From Convolutriloba macropyga (taxonomy: Eukaryota), in NCBI RefSeq assembly GCF_964194025.1, contig NC_134477.1, positions 22,816,001 through 22,880,000 of the forward strand: a stretch of 64,000 nt of DNA, read 5' to 3'. Both the position numbers and the translations under genes were made by a program. The notes under the pieces were generated by a model, which made no database searches, was not told where the DNA came from, and was given only the letters and a program-made list of their open reading frames with translations. Every line of letters begins with the position of its first letter. Within the stretch, counting starts at the first letter, position 1. Of the stretch, positions 50,661-64,000 are shown in pieces.

Positions 50661-53600
50661 TGAGCTTGTTGCGAACGTAATGTATGCAGGTAATGATTTT
50701 GCAGCGTATACTAGTAAGCGTGTAAAATGTACTGGAATTGACTAGCAAGTGAACAAGCCCCGACAGCGCGTTAGATAACGGATTGCACTCTTGAAAACAT
50801 AGTCACTTGTTCGAGCACCGGATACGAAACCTTCTTAGAAGCAAAATACGTATTCTAACACATGTGGCTGGAGCATCAATTAATATGAGGGCGTAATTAA
50901 GCCAAATTCTTACCCTTTAAACAAATATCATCTCCATAAAGTTTTACTAAAACAAGGAAACGTGTTTAATGGTTTTAAATGAAGGCAAAGGCAAGGCCAG
51001 AATACGTAAAACTTGCTCTGAATTGACCAATTTTGGCCGGCAAAAGGCTGACATGTTGCCTCTCGAGTTTTTGTCGCCGGTGTCGCTCTAATTGGTCCAT
51101 GTTAACGTTGAAATTTGAACATGTTTTGGCCTGTACCTTATTTAGACATGCTTTAAATTGAAGAAAGTTCATTTCTTCAAATTTAATGATTTAAACGTTC
51201 AATAATGATTTGCTGCCTTCCGTTTTGTTTTATTCGAGTTTGTTTACGAATACGGGGCTCGAATAGTTCGGAAAAGATTTTATTTTTGTAATCATTTGTC
51301 AAAAAGCCTTAAAATCTTTAAAAGTCAATTTTCATAAGTAGGAGTTATTCAGAATTGTTTAAATTATTTTTTGCAAATATTTAGGAAAAGCTTTTGTTTT
51401 GGCAATCATACATTTTTGAAAAAGATTTTTAAATTGCAAAATTTAAATTTTTTATGTAGGATTCAATTGGAATCACCAAACCCACAGTTCAAAATTAATT
51501 TGAAACATTTCTTTTGATAACCATATAGTGAAAAGCTTTTAACAGATAATAGTATTTTATTTTTGAAGGATTTAATCCGGATCACAAAAAGAACACTTGG
51601 AAGTTAGTTAGGAAAGGCTTTTGATTGAATAACCATAAAGTAAAAAGAGATCTTGAAATGTCAAAATCCGCTTGCTAATGTACGTTTCAATCACAACTTG
51701 CCAGCCATTGAATTTGAGAATTAAAGAACACGAACATTAAAAGACTCGAAGGCGATAAATTCAAGTTGCTGCAAGCGATGCCTTCCACGTCTACTAAAGA
51801 TACAGAATATGCAGCATATGGCTTTTAGTTTTTTATGAGTTCCAAAACTCATAATCGTTTGATGAGGGCAACCCTGAAAATATACGAATAAACGGAAAAC
51901 AAATTTTCATGAAAATATTCCAAAAAAGGCAGAATACCAGTTTGAACAAAAGTTCTCAATTTTTCAACACATTTGGGAGCTTAGTAAATTAAGCAGACAA
52001 AATATTTGTCATGTAGACTCGGAAAAGTTAATAAAAGACGTCTCAAGAAAGCTACCACAACCTAAGAAACCCATGCTCCCACAGTAACGTTTCCGCAAAG
52101 ATGCTGAAGCAATGCTTGAGAGTTCTCCAAAAAACTTCAAGCAGTTTCAAACACACTTAAAATTTGTAATTAATAAAGGAAAAATCAGAGAAACATTGAA
52201 GTTATAGTTTTTTGTCCCTACTTTGATTTTGAATTGTCTTGAAAACATGAAGAGTATATTCAACCTTTTACTCTTTGTTTGAGATTTCGCAAAATTCATA
52301 AGGTCATTTTTGAGCTACTAAACATTTCCAAAGCTTGTTCTTCATTGTCGTTTTCGTTCTTCTCATTGTAGAGATTGAGAGATGCAACAACCTGAATTTT
52401 TTCGTCTGCATTTGGAACTTTGCTACTTATAACGTCATATATGATGTCTGTGTTATTCAGGATCAACTCCATTAGATTTTTGTGGTATTCCGTTCCATCA
52501 ATAGTGAAATCTGGAAGAGTTCCATCAAAAGCGAATTCTGTTGGTCCTCTGCTTGTTGAACAAGTTCTAGAGGGCAGGTCATGTTGATGTCTTAAGTGTG
52601 TGGCAAAGCGATCAGCAGAATCAAAACCAATGTAGAATCAGAGTTAACATTGTACTTAAGGGATATGTCGATTTCCAATTGTCTTTCGAAGGTTCATAGA
52701 TCTCTTTAATTGAAATCGCATTGTTCACAGCGGTACATTGACGTTCCGGCTTCATCACGATGCAAGCTTTTTGGTGAATAATGCGGTTGGTTTGGCGTTA
52801 AAACAATTGCATGAGATACTCAGATACTCATAGCTGAATCAATTCGAAGAAAAACCAAATAGTCTAATAAAACGTCCTGATCGGTTCAATTTGCAAACAT
52901 GAGAAAGACTAATTTTCTCGGACAAAAATGCTTTCCATTTAGTAAGCTTAAGCACTTCACAAGTACGAACATATTTATTCTGCAACTATTGCAACCAAAT
53001 CAAATAATTTAGAAGAGTGATGAATTTATTAACCACGTGAGGGCGCTTGGCATGACATCAAAAATTACTTCCACAGTTTGTGCATATTCAATCATTCACC
53101 GCTGAGGCCATAGATAATGTGGTATGCAAATTGGTTTGCATGCAAGATTGTTATTCTGGCCAAAGAAGGCTACAATCATGTTTCATGCAAAGCTTAGTTT
53201 AGATGCGAATATCAACCTTTTGCCACAGCCAGATAAATTTAGGTGTTACCTCGGTGCAATGAAGTATCCCTGCATCCGGAACATAATAATTGATAATAGC
53301 GTTTTTAACTAAAAACATCGAAAAAACAAGAAAAAAATTTCTGACAATGTTCTTAAAGATTTATATAACAAATCTTATTAATGATTTCTGGAGGTTGTAG
53401 TCCTAACAATTGAGGGCCGAAAACTTTTTTGAAGGCAGGAAAAAAAAATTTTTTATAAAAAATAAATTTAAAACAAAACTGGTTTTGTTCCTATCGGATT
53501 TTCCTCTAGATCACGCTTCTTCAATACACCCAGCAGCCAAATGCTTGCAACTGGAAACAGGTGTCCACAAAAACTGAGCTTGCGGAGCTTCTGGGCGTGT

Positions 53601-56600
53601 TGTTGAAAAACTCACTGTTTTTTTTTTCAGAGAAACAACCACCTCATTTTTCTGACAAAATTGACACTTTTATCAAAACAAAATGGGTTTTCTCAAAAAT
53701 TTTATCTGAGGTTCCTCTAAATTAACTCGCTCAGCATGCAGTTAAATGTATAAGAATAATCTTACAACGTAAAATACTACATGTTTTCCAATTATCTAGC
53801 AGAATATTTTTTTAAATTTACTGTTCCCACGAACTTTTTACTTTTTTAAAAACATCTCTTTTTCTATTACATATCTGATAAACTAAATTGGTAACAAAAA
53901 AATGCAGCGTCGTGTATTACTGAATATTAGATGAATATCAGCAGTTATCTCATCAGTCTTCTTTTTGTAGGGCGCTTATTTTAAAAAGAAAAATTTCGAC
54001 TAAACAAAAATTGTCACCTGGATCTTATGTTCCTACAAAATATTCATTGATGGCTGTTTTCTAGGACACTTTGCGCCTACAAAAAGTCTTCTTTTACAAT
54101 TATCCATATTTTCGTTTTCTTCATTCCTATTTTTTAACTGTTTTTTCAAAAAATGTTTAGAAAGTAGGAGAAGTCTCCACTCCTCAAAAATTTTGTTCGG
54201 TGCTTTTTGTAGAACGTATTTGTTATGATACAACGTTCTTACAAGTTTCATCATTTGCATTCCCTGCAGCGTTTTTTACTGTTTTCCAATTTAAAACTTT
54301 ATTTCAAATTTGTTCAAATTTGCTCTAGTACAACGTAGAAGTGATAAACATTGCAGTTTACAAAATCTAAAACATTTTAAAACTTGATCACTTTTTTTTG
54401 CAGAAAAACCAAATCTCGTTTACAAAATCAAAACAAGTTAATCAATGAAGACAAGTCAACAGTTAGATATTTATGAATACAGTCTATGCTAATTATTATA
54501 AGCATTTTTGTTCCAGCATCAGAAAGATGAATTGAGAGTTTAAATATCCTTTCAGAAATTCTAATCAAACAGTTTCTCACTTGCTCTATTTGCCTTTATT
54601 TGGCGCCAATTCACTTTTGGCGTCTTTGAGTTGTCTGCTGTTGTTGCTAAGCATGAACAAGCCAATAACTCTGTTTTTCTGACTTCAATTTCTGTTGTTT
54701 CATGCAAAAAAGTGTTGGTGTTTTTGAATCTGAGCCGGAGGGTGTTCTGAGGTCAGTCGCAGATAAATTCTGCATCAATTCACTTGCTGTTGATAGTGAG
54801 CCAAAATTTCATGCATTTTTTCTAAAACAGGGGAAAAGAGAAACGGTGACACTCAGGAGTTACAGTGGCACAAAGATCAGAAGTTCAAGTTAAAAAATAT
54901 TCTGGTGCCAGTGGAGTTGAGTCGCATGAATTTGGAAAGCTCCATAAATCAGCTAGATTGGTGTTAGACCCCGAGCTGCTCCCCACTGATTTTTGAAAAA
55001 GGGCACGCAGTCACAGTCTTAATTGTTAAGTATGGTTGAGCTTCTTTTGGCAGAAATGCATTTTCGTATATCTAAACTGGAGAACAAAAAAGTGTGGTAA
55101 CGACAAAGGTGAAACGAACCCGTTTGAAATGATAAATGTTCCACCGCAATCTTCTTTCTGTCCAGCAACTTAGCAATGAAAATAAAAAAAAAAGGTATCA
55201 CACAAGTTTCAATTGTTGTACAAATCTCCTCCTTCTCAGTTGTTTGTTTTTGTATTACAAAACTACAAAACACCGCAAAATTTATGTATGGCGTTTGATA
55301 GACATTTGTTTAGTGCCAGACATGGTTTTTGTCATTCAAGATATGGAAAAACGTTGTCTCTCATGTTTGAGGAGGTTTGAGACCTGAATCGAGCCGTTTT
55401 CAAAGCATTTTTGGAATGTTATTGGGATTTCAGTTTGAAGAGTTGCCAGCGAGATGATAATTCTGATCAATTAAATGTTGAAATCTGCTCAGACAGTAAA
55501 AGTTTAACAACGATTAAGAGTTGTTGTTTCAGAACTGAAAGGAAAAATGTGGCAAAAAAATTTTTAAGACTTGTAGTTATTATGAGTAAACAATAAAATA
55601 CTTTGTACCAGGAATTTTGATTGAAAACATATGTGCTGTTGTGCTTTGTGTGTAACAAATGTTGCCACATGCCTTGCAACTGCACATGTATTATAAAATT
55701 AATCGAACGTCAGGTGTGGTTAATTAACTTTGCAAAAAAATCAATTCGGATAATTAGACCAAACAAGTGTAACCGAAGCATGCCGCGCACCCGATGTTGG
55801 GTTCTCGTTGCTTGTAATTGAAAACACGCGGTGGTTCCTTTTTACGACGCAATTACCGAGACAGTCACAGCAAATATTTGTTTTCTTCCTATTATTCAAT
55901 TTCCTGAAAAGAATTGCAGTTATAGGCTACTACCAGTGTGTAGGTGTGTGTATGTGTTTCGGTTGGCAAGTAATGACATGGAGTATTGTGATTGCTATTC
56001 TGATGTATCCTAAACAGAAAAGATGTTGAGTACAGCTACGCTCAAAACCTGAGAAATCGTTGGGACAAATGTCTTTTTGAAACCTTTTGAGAAAATTAGA
56101 AAATGAATATGAATTTGAAAAGCAGTTATCCCTGACAACAGACAAAATTGACAAACTTGCGAAAGAAATTGGCCGTATACTAAATTTGTTGCCAGAGTCA
56201 AAATCAGCGTCCTCATACTCAGCTGTTTCCGCAGTTTATTGAAAATTGTTGACGCAACGTGTGAACAACCGCCGGTTGCTTCAGAAATTTCAGTCATTTG
56301 AAAGTTTAGCGTGTGACGAAAAACCGGAGTTACATGGTTTGAAAAATAACGTTTTGGTGGATACATCAGACGTAACAGGATCTCCGGAGAATTCTAAATT
56401 TAAAAAAAGCTATACAGTGCCTTGTCTCTACACGATTTTACAGGATCCGCTTGTCAACACATATACACTCGAAGTGAATGAAGAAATTCTGAAAAATCTT
56501 GTTCAGGCGGTTGAATACAACAAAAAACTGCGCATGGACTCCCGTTTATTTGGGGAATTACTGCCAAATAACTCTAACACTGCTGCTAATTAGAAGGTCA

Positions 56601-58329
56601 ACAAAAACAAAAACACCAACATGACGTTGTTTGTACACAGTCTACAGCAAGGAAGCAGCTCTCAATTTCAACTTCTTCAAAAGTCATTGCAAAAATTTAT
56701 TATAAAAACCAAAAACCAACAGTTACTATCTGGTAGCTTTGCGGGGGAACTTTTACAGAAAGGTCAAATTAATTTGTCTGGGTCAGACTCAGGTGCTTTC
56801 TGCAGGATAATTTTACGCCAGACATGTTTTGTTTGAGTATAAAAATTTGCTTGGTGATTCTGATTTTTTGTTTTGTACGCATAGTGTTCAAAAGAAAACA
56901 AAATTTTCAAAAGAAATATTAAAACTAGCAGAATTTTAGTAGAGTTAGAGCTCGTTGAATCAAACTAACATCACTCCTTTTTACAATTTGCTTCATTATA
57001 AATTTAATGGCAATAAGAATACAAAAAACACACAAAATGGCTCTTTGTGTTTGCATTGGTTGATTTCTAAGCAATTCATACAATATTGTAAATCATGATC
57101 AACAGAGGGCAGTGTGTTGTTAATTTTTGCACATGCAGCTCGGTAATTATGTAATTGCTGTTCTTCCGACATAAAGTGCTGTTATTCCTGTATGTTACAA
57201 TAGATTCGGAGATAGATCAATTCACAATAAAGAATCTGCAACAAGCAGGTATTTCAAATCACGGCTACATTTTACAGATTTGCCGACATATACTAGATCT
57301 ATGAACAAACTATCATTTATTTTGTTAACAGCGACATTGAGCATTGGAGAGCTGAGGCGAAGTGAACGGTATTTGTTATGAGATGGTTTTGTTTCCCGAT
57401 ACGTTTGGTTTTTTTGCATTGACAACTTTCTCAATTGTTTTTTACAATTTTTCTGTAGTCCTATCAGATAGAACTTGTCGAGTTTCTTCACATTATCAAT
57501 GGTATCGCCAGTCTTTTCCACGCGTCTCTTGATCTGTCTTCTTTTTATTTTCATCAATTCTCTGCTTTTCGTTATTTTGCTTTGACTCAGATTTTCTCCC
57601 TCTTGCTGTTGCTGATGTTTTTTTGCTTTTGAGTTGATTGTTCTAATAGAGCTTTTTGCTTTTCTCTGTAAAAGTGATTCAAAATTTTTTGAGTATTTTA
57701 AACGGGTCAGCTGATATATCGATTTCACTCACAATTTTGAAATACACTGGCAAGTCAGTTTTTGTATGTCGTGGTAATTTTTTACAAATTCGTGTTACTT
57801 GTACGCCTTTAGGCTCATCGTCGTAATATAGATAAGATTGTCCTCTTCACAAACAGAAGCTTTTATTGGATTGAAAAATTTATTCAGAATAATTGCCTCT
57901 CGTTTCGCTTTCGTCAGCTAACTTGGGTTCTATTATTATTATGTAAATTGCCGAATCCTTCCGTTTATTCACGATTGACTCTGCTTCATAGTCATCAGTA
58001 AAAACGGTTCTGTTCTTTAAATGATCTATATTACTTGTTGCATCGCCTCAATTCTTTGTTCCCTTGATCCCTTGATCAATCATTCAGTATTATTGTCTGC
58101 TTGATGTACCTTTTTCTCATGTTTTTGTTCAAAATTTGAATTTTCTCTGTAGAAGTTCTAAATGAGTTGCTTCCAGCTGACACATTGGATTACCAAAAAT
58201 TTCTTCCCTGGTGGGGTTTATAGAAAGGAACTTTTCGTGGGGTGAACTCAAAATCTTCTGCTTTTATTATTTCGCCTTTAAGTAAAAATAACACGAGAAT
58301 CTCAAAGCTCGAATTTGGCTAAAGCATTT

Positions 58330-58609
58330 TTCTTCTTTGTCAGACTTTTCTCCTGTAATAAACAATTGTTGAAAATAAAATCTCTTGATTTTTAAGTTAT
58401 TGCTTCTTCATTGGAAGTTTACTGCTTCACAATTTTTTCTTAAGATATTTAAATTTATTGCTTCTACTGTTTCCCTTGATCACATTGAGCGAATATTTAC
58501 AAAGAAAGTTTAAAAAACTATTTGGTATTTCATTGATGAAATTTCCAAAAATGCTCTTGCACAGCTCGAGCTTTTGCTTTAGCTCATTACATAGCTTCTT
58601 CTCACTCAT
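58330..58609 (-). pseudogene. Small basic ORF of the kind that follows the Polinton ATPase
   Basis: FLNFLCKYSLNVIKGN..KYLKKKL pattern, directly downstream of the ATPase relic. Confidence 0.4.
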
Positions 58610-58659
58610 ATGCCAAATTAGTTGTATTGGCTTTGTTGGAAGGTAACTAAAAATGCTTG

Positions 58660-59210
58660 GATCTGGTTGTACAATAATTTAATAACAACTCAAGGAGTCT
58701 AAGGTTTTTGGATCTAAATTAATAAGTAATTGTACAAAGGCTTGTTTTGTTGCAAGCTCACAGCTTTATATAATCAAATTTTGTGTCGATTAACTGTTTT
58801 CCGCCATAGGCGATCTGTTGTATGCCTCTAGGTGATTCGAGCAAAAAGATATTGGTGGTTCTCAAATCATTACTTCATGACTAGTTTTTCTATCGAAAAA
58901 ACGTATTCTTAACATAAATCAAGGCGATATTTTTATGGCGTTTGTATGTTTTGAAATTTCTATGTCATTGAAGGTCTCTTCAGAACAATCGTCAAACACG
59001 AACACACAGTTTTCCAGCTCAGAAATGGAATCAAAACCAGAAAAGTTTTTGAAAAAATGTTCATTTTACGCTATAAAATGCTAAATTTTGTTGGCTGATG
59101 TTGATAGACGTAGTAAATAGAACTAAATTTCAGACATAAATAATTGATACTAACTTTGAAATATAAGTTTTTTCCACAACACGAGGGACCAGAAACAGCT
59201 GTAAAAACCT
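58660..59210 (-). pseudogene. Polinton/Maverick-type packaging ATPase relic
   Basis: Walker A FTAVSGPSCCGK (about 59170-59205), Walker B VFVFDDCSEE (about 58977-59006), RHKNIALIYVKN and SPRGIQQI, with frameshifts. Confidence 0.7.
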
Positions 59211-60309
59211 ATTTCTAAAAAACCTATTTTACTCAAAAAATTATAATTTGAGTAAAATCGAAAACTTCGGTACGTGGAAGTTGAGACTTACAAAACTTCC
59301 ACAAACTTGCCCTGATTTTTTTTTCATCAAAAATTAATGTCTTCAGCTCGTCCAAAATTAAAATGAATCTGCTTTTCCTCATTTGAAAGAAAAATATTTG
59401 CAGAAAAGAGTCATCACTTATGTTTTTGGTATTAGTTTTTTAAATATTTAGTATGTTTTTGGTATTAGTACAGTTTTTTAATTATTTACTTAGTTTTTTG
59501 TTATTCTCTACCATCTCTGGTCATCCAAAAGAATCCATATTTAGTATATCTGAAGTTTTTGTCAACTTTTTTGTGAGTAACGTTATATTTTGTCTACAAG
59601 CCATAACCCCTTCAGTAATAGACAAGAGAGTCTTCTTTGCTTTCACTGCCTATCAGTTCAGTTTCCTCATTGAGATTGTTGTCGTTCGCAGATACATGAA
59701 TTGTTTCTGGCCACTTGGGCATAGGAATAGCGGTTGCTTTCATTTCGTTTTCATTTTATAATTTGATTATCTTGTATTTTTGTAAATATCTAATTAATGA
59801 GATTTATTTCTGCAGCATCTCAATTTCTTTAGTATTCCAGAGTATCTGCCATTTTTGCAATTTTTTTCTCCGTGATTCTTTTTTCTTTTTCTTAATAGAG
59901 TCAATGTCAACTGATTGTCATTGGTTATGTAATTACATATTGTCAAAATTGGGGAAATTTTCACTTGAGGAAGTTAAAGAGCTGCCTTCTCCACTCGACG
60001 AATCCTTAGATGGCAGGCAGATCTAATAAAAATACAACACCGGATTTGTTTAGCCCAATTTTTCCTCTCTTGCTTTTATGATAGGTAGAAAGTGTACAGA
60101 ACCCAGGTACTGTTATCAATTGGTGATATAATAAACTCAACATAAAAGAGTTTCCAAATCTATTACCTATTTCCGAAAGAGAATTTGCTGTGTGTCCCTT
60201 GGCAAAAAAAATCCTAACGAAAACCAGAGTTCATTTGTGAGCATTATTGGCGATAGAAACCAGAACCGATAGGTGCCAGTATTCCAAAACAAACAGTGTA
60301 AAAATTTGG

Positions 60310-62015
60310 CCACCCAGCTATGAGATCTCCTGTCACTAGCGGAAAGTGAGTTGTAGAAAGCTGTTGCAAGGAAAATAATTGAGTAATTAATTGAAAAACC
60401 AAAACATTTTTATTACGAAATCAGTTTTTGTAATGAAAACCATCAAGTCTAAAATTACTATTTATTGTTGCAGGATTTCAGTAACTTGAACAACTTGTTT
60501 TTGAACGTCTTCACAAAAAAACAAAAGGTCAATACCATGACATGACACAAACACTCGTTTGTAGTTGGACAAGGTTCCACATAATATTATCCAGGGCCTT
60601 TATGACTGTTCCATGCCATAAAACCCGACGCGTTGTGGAATACTGCAAACAGTCGAACAAAATTGAACAATTTAATGTAGTTGTCTAGTGACAACTTATC
60701 AATTGCAATTAAACCTCCATACGGTGGGAGCGCCATTGTTGCCTCAAATTGGTATCAAAGTCAATGTATTGACAATAATCTAGAAACTACAGACAATTTT
60801 CACCATACTTTGGACAATTGCGCTTTATCTGCAGGTAAATATCAAGAATATTTTTTCGGTCAACGGTTGCTATCTTTTTGATCATCCCTTTCACCAATTA
60901 ATATTCTGACTAAAAAAATCATCATAATAAAAATCATAACTCCTAGAATAACCTTCCCCTCCCACTTGAGCTTGAGCCAACAAAAGTATATTCCGATAAT
61001 AAGCAAGCCACAAAAATATTTGCAGCTAGAATAAAAACTCTTCGAATGTGAAGGAACTCCCTCTCTCACAGTGCACATTAGCTCACCAATAGCGCTAAAA
61101 CTTATCTATCAACAAAAAGCCTGCAAGATTTTAAAGTGATTCTCTTTTCTCTCAAAACGTGGCATAAAAATTTCCTAACTAAAGTTGGAAACCAAAGTTT
61201 AATTAGGACACGTATTTGAACCAGTACGGAATAGTTGCCGTTTTTGGTTATCCACCTTTGAGATCTTCTGTCACTAGCGGAAGGTGAGTTGTAGTAAACT
61301 GTTGCAGGGAAAAGAGTTGTTAACGAATTATTGTTTGAAATAGAAAAGCAATAACACTTTCTTTACGAAACCAGTTTTTTGTAACGAAAACCATCAAGTC
61401 TAAAATCACTTTTTATTGTTTAAGCATTCAAAAAAATTGAACAACTTGATTTTCAGACCTCTTCACAAAGAAGCAAAATCTCAATCCATTGATCTGAACT
61501 AAATAGTTGTTTGAAACTTGACAAAGTATAGTATCCAGGGCCTTTCTGGCTGTACTGTGCTATAAAAACCGATGCGTCCTGGACTATTGCGAACAGTCAA
61601 ACTATTTGGAACGATTTATATTAATTTTCCAGTGACGACTTATCAATTGCATTTAGACCTCCATACGGTGTGAGCTTCAATGTTGCCTCATATAAGTATC
61701 AGTATCAATGTGTTGACAAGCAGCTAGAAAGCACAGAAATTATTCACCATGCTCTGGATAAATGTTCTTTATCTGCAGGTAAATATCATGAATACTCTTT
61801 CGATGGTTGCTATTGTTTTGGTCCCTTTCAACGAATCATTTTGATCAAAATCTTGCCTCCTAGGATAGCCTCCCCCTCCCCGCTTGAGTTTGTTTGAACA
61901 CAAGTATATTTCGACAATAAGCAAGCCACAAAAATACTTTTAGCGAAAAAACCACTCTTTTAAGGTGAAAGAACTCCTCTCTCACACAAAGTAGATTAGC
62001 TCTCAAATAGCGCGA
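60310..62015 (+). repeat. Old tandem duplication, about 0.8-0.94 kb (60310-61100 vs 61248-62015)
   Basis: Collinear shared blocks: GAGATCT.CTGTCACTAGCGGAA, GAAAACCATCAAGTCTAAAAT, TATCCAGGGCCTTT, TTTATCTGCAGGTAAATATCA and ATAAGCAAGCCACAAAAATA. Confidence 0.85.
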
Positions 62016-62618
62016 AGTTTTTATACCAGCAATAACCACGCAACACAAATACATGTAGCGCAATTACCACTTTCGTATCTTTCTTAACATAAAAGACCTC
62101 CCGTACATCTCTCTCTACCAAAATGATATCGAAGGATCTCCGATCCCCCACAATCCTCCTGCATATATATCTTACTACTGACTGCCACTGAAAAAAATTG
62201 TCAGCGGATAAATCGTACATAGTTGTTCGCTTAAGATGTTGACAAGTACTGAAATTATGTAAAAAATCTGTTGAAAAATGAGCAGATTAGGCGGATAATT
62301 ATTGAAGATTTTTGAATTTAAATTCATTCTCAGCGCCTGTCAGCTGGAAAAATTCTCGGCTGGAAAAATTATTATCAGCGCCTGTCAGCGCTTTTTTATT
62401 AGTTTTAAGCAAAAAATTCGACCGGGAAATTATTTTAACATAGCCCATACTTTACCTCAAACGTTAGGATTAATTATATCAAGCTTTTTGTCATAAACTT
62501 GAGAGAAAAGCAACCGATGACACGAAAACTCTCAGAACTATTATCATTGATATTATCTGATTAATTCAAATAAAAAAGTGATGATATAAATAATTTGGGG
62601 AGTACTATTCAAATGTAC

Positions 62619-62847
62619 CTCTATCGTTCGGTACAGAGGCTGTGTTGTTCTTGGATCTGCGGTGGCTCCTTCTGCTTCTACGTTGACCCGTTGCTCCCTC
62701 TTGTCCCTCTGTGCCCCCTGAACCAATGGGACTAAGAGGAGTGCGACTGTTGGTGAGGTTTAGCAGAGTCACTCCGAAGAACTCCTCGTCCTCGTAGACC
62801 TCATCATTGACCAACTCTATCTCTAGCTTCTGAATGTACTCACCTGG
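62619..62847 (-). CDS. Na+/Ca2+ exchanger (SLC8/NCX-like) exon, CBD1 (Calx-beta)
   Basis: PGEYIQKLEIELVNDEVYEDEEFFGVTLLNL resembles NCX1 PGETQKEIRVGIIDDDIFEEDENFLVHLSNV. TTTAG acceptor (alternative AG 4 nt downstream); phase-1 GT donor. Confidence 0.8.
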
Positions 62848-63172
62848 CTAAAGCAACACATCATCATAAGTCATAAACACAAACCGAATAACATCGGACA
62901 AACTGCCCTCCCCGGGTCGAGATGCGAGCGGGTGTGAGCGGAAAGTTACAGATGCGCTGAATGTTCTGAAAGTTTAGTTTTAGGCGCTGAATTTGCTGAA
63001 AAAAAAATTTCAGCACTTGTCAACGCATTTCTTACATAATTACAGAACAATTTTCAGCACATTCTTTACAAATTGGTCATAAGAATTCGCCATACATAAA
63101 ATGGGCTCTTGATGCTGCCCGGCTAGATTGATATGCCCCACCGATCTTCGCGCTCAAAGCAACTTCGGAGGT

Positions 63173-64000
63173 TATTTAGCGTAGATCTTACATATTTAGC
63201 GTTGAATTTATCGTAGATCTTACATATTTGGCGTTGAATTTAGCGTAGATCTTACATAAATTCAACGCATTCAACGCCAATCTTACATATTTTGCTTTGC
63301 ATTTAGCGTAGATCTTACATATTTTGCGTCGAATTTAGCGTGAATCTTACATATTTTGCGTTGAATTTAGCGTAGATCTTACAGAAATCCAACGCATTCA
63401 ACGCCAATCTTATATTTTTTGCGTTGAATTTAGCGAAGATCTTACATATTTGGCGTTGAATTTAGCGTAGATCGTACATAATTTTGCGTTGAATTTAGCG
63501 TAGATCTTACTTATTTTGCGTTGAATTTAGCGTAGATCTTACATTTTTAGCGCTGAATTTAGCGTAGATCTTACATATTTGGCGTTGAATTTAGCGTAGA
63601 TCTTACATAAATTCAACGCATTCAACGCCAATCTTACATATTTTGCGTTGAATTTAGCGCAGATCTTACATATTTAGCGCTGAATTTAGCGTAGATCTTA
63701 TAGAAATTCAACACACTCAACGCCAATCTTACATATTTAGCGTTAAATTTTGCGTAGATCTTACATATTTTGCGTTGAACTTAGTGTAGATCTTAAATAT
63801 TTTGCGTTCAAATAAGCGTAGATCTTACATATTTAGAGTTGAATTTAGCGTAGATCTTACATATTTAGCGTTGAAATAAGCGTAGTGCTCTCATATTTTG
63901 CGTTGAATTTAGCGTAGATCTTACATTCTTTGCATTGATTTTAGGGAAGATCTTACATTTTTAGCTTTGAATTTAGCGTAGATCTTACATAATTGGCGTT
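63173..64000 (+). repeat. 32-bp minisatellite with interspersed inverted subunits (runs off the window)
   Basis: GAATTTAGCGTAGATCTTACATATTT(A/T/G)GCGTT repeated about 20 times, with periodic AATTCAACGCATTCAACGCCA variants. Confidence 0.95.

Noticed and set aside
62236-63060. Short inverted repeats flanking the CBD1 exon as circRNA drivers
   Set aside because: The matches are only about 20-35 nt and imperfect, too weak to claim.
63173-64000. CRISPR-like appearance of 32-bp repeats
   Set aside because: Units are head-to-tail without unique spacers, there are no cas genes, and the context is eukaryotic.

Overview
AT-rich eukaryotic (animal-type) genomic DNA with two assembly gaps. The left 36.4 kb is a nest of two degenerate copies of one giant Ty3/Gypsy LTR element family. 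Copy B (minus strand, 10521-31790, about 21.3 kb, 4-bp TSD GCAG, about 422-bp LTRs with non-canonical TG...TA ends) inserted in inverted orientation into an accessory ORF of copy A (plus strand, <1-36376). Besides gag (CCHC knuckle), protease, RT, RNase H and integrase, the family carries an env-like gene of about 1100 aa whose motif order resembles chuvirus/Monjiviricetes-type (gB-like, class III) fusion glycoproteins. This protein has a furin site, a TM anchor and a long tail with PPxY and PSAP motifs. At least three further unknown ORFs and LTR splice donors give a complex-retrovirus-like layout. Later events include a 3.76-kb tandem duplication across the A/B junction, a 351-bp x7 array grown from the 3' UTR, and a G-rich SINE-like insertion. 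The right 28 kb holds five in-phase minus-strand exons of a Na+/Ca2+ exchanger (SLC8/NCX-like) gene covering CBD1-CBD2. Its introns contain a Bel/Pao relic, Polinton/Maverick-like relics and minisatellites. All homology calls come from motifs recognised by eye; no database search was run.
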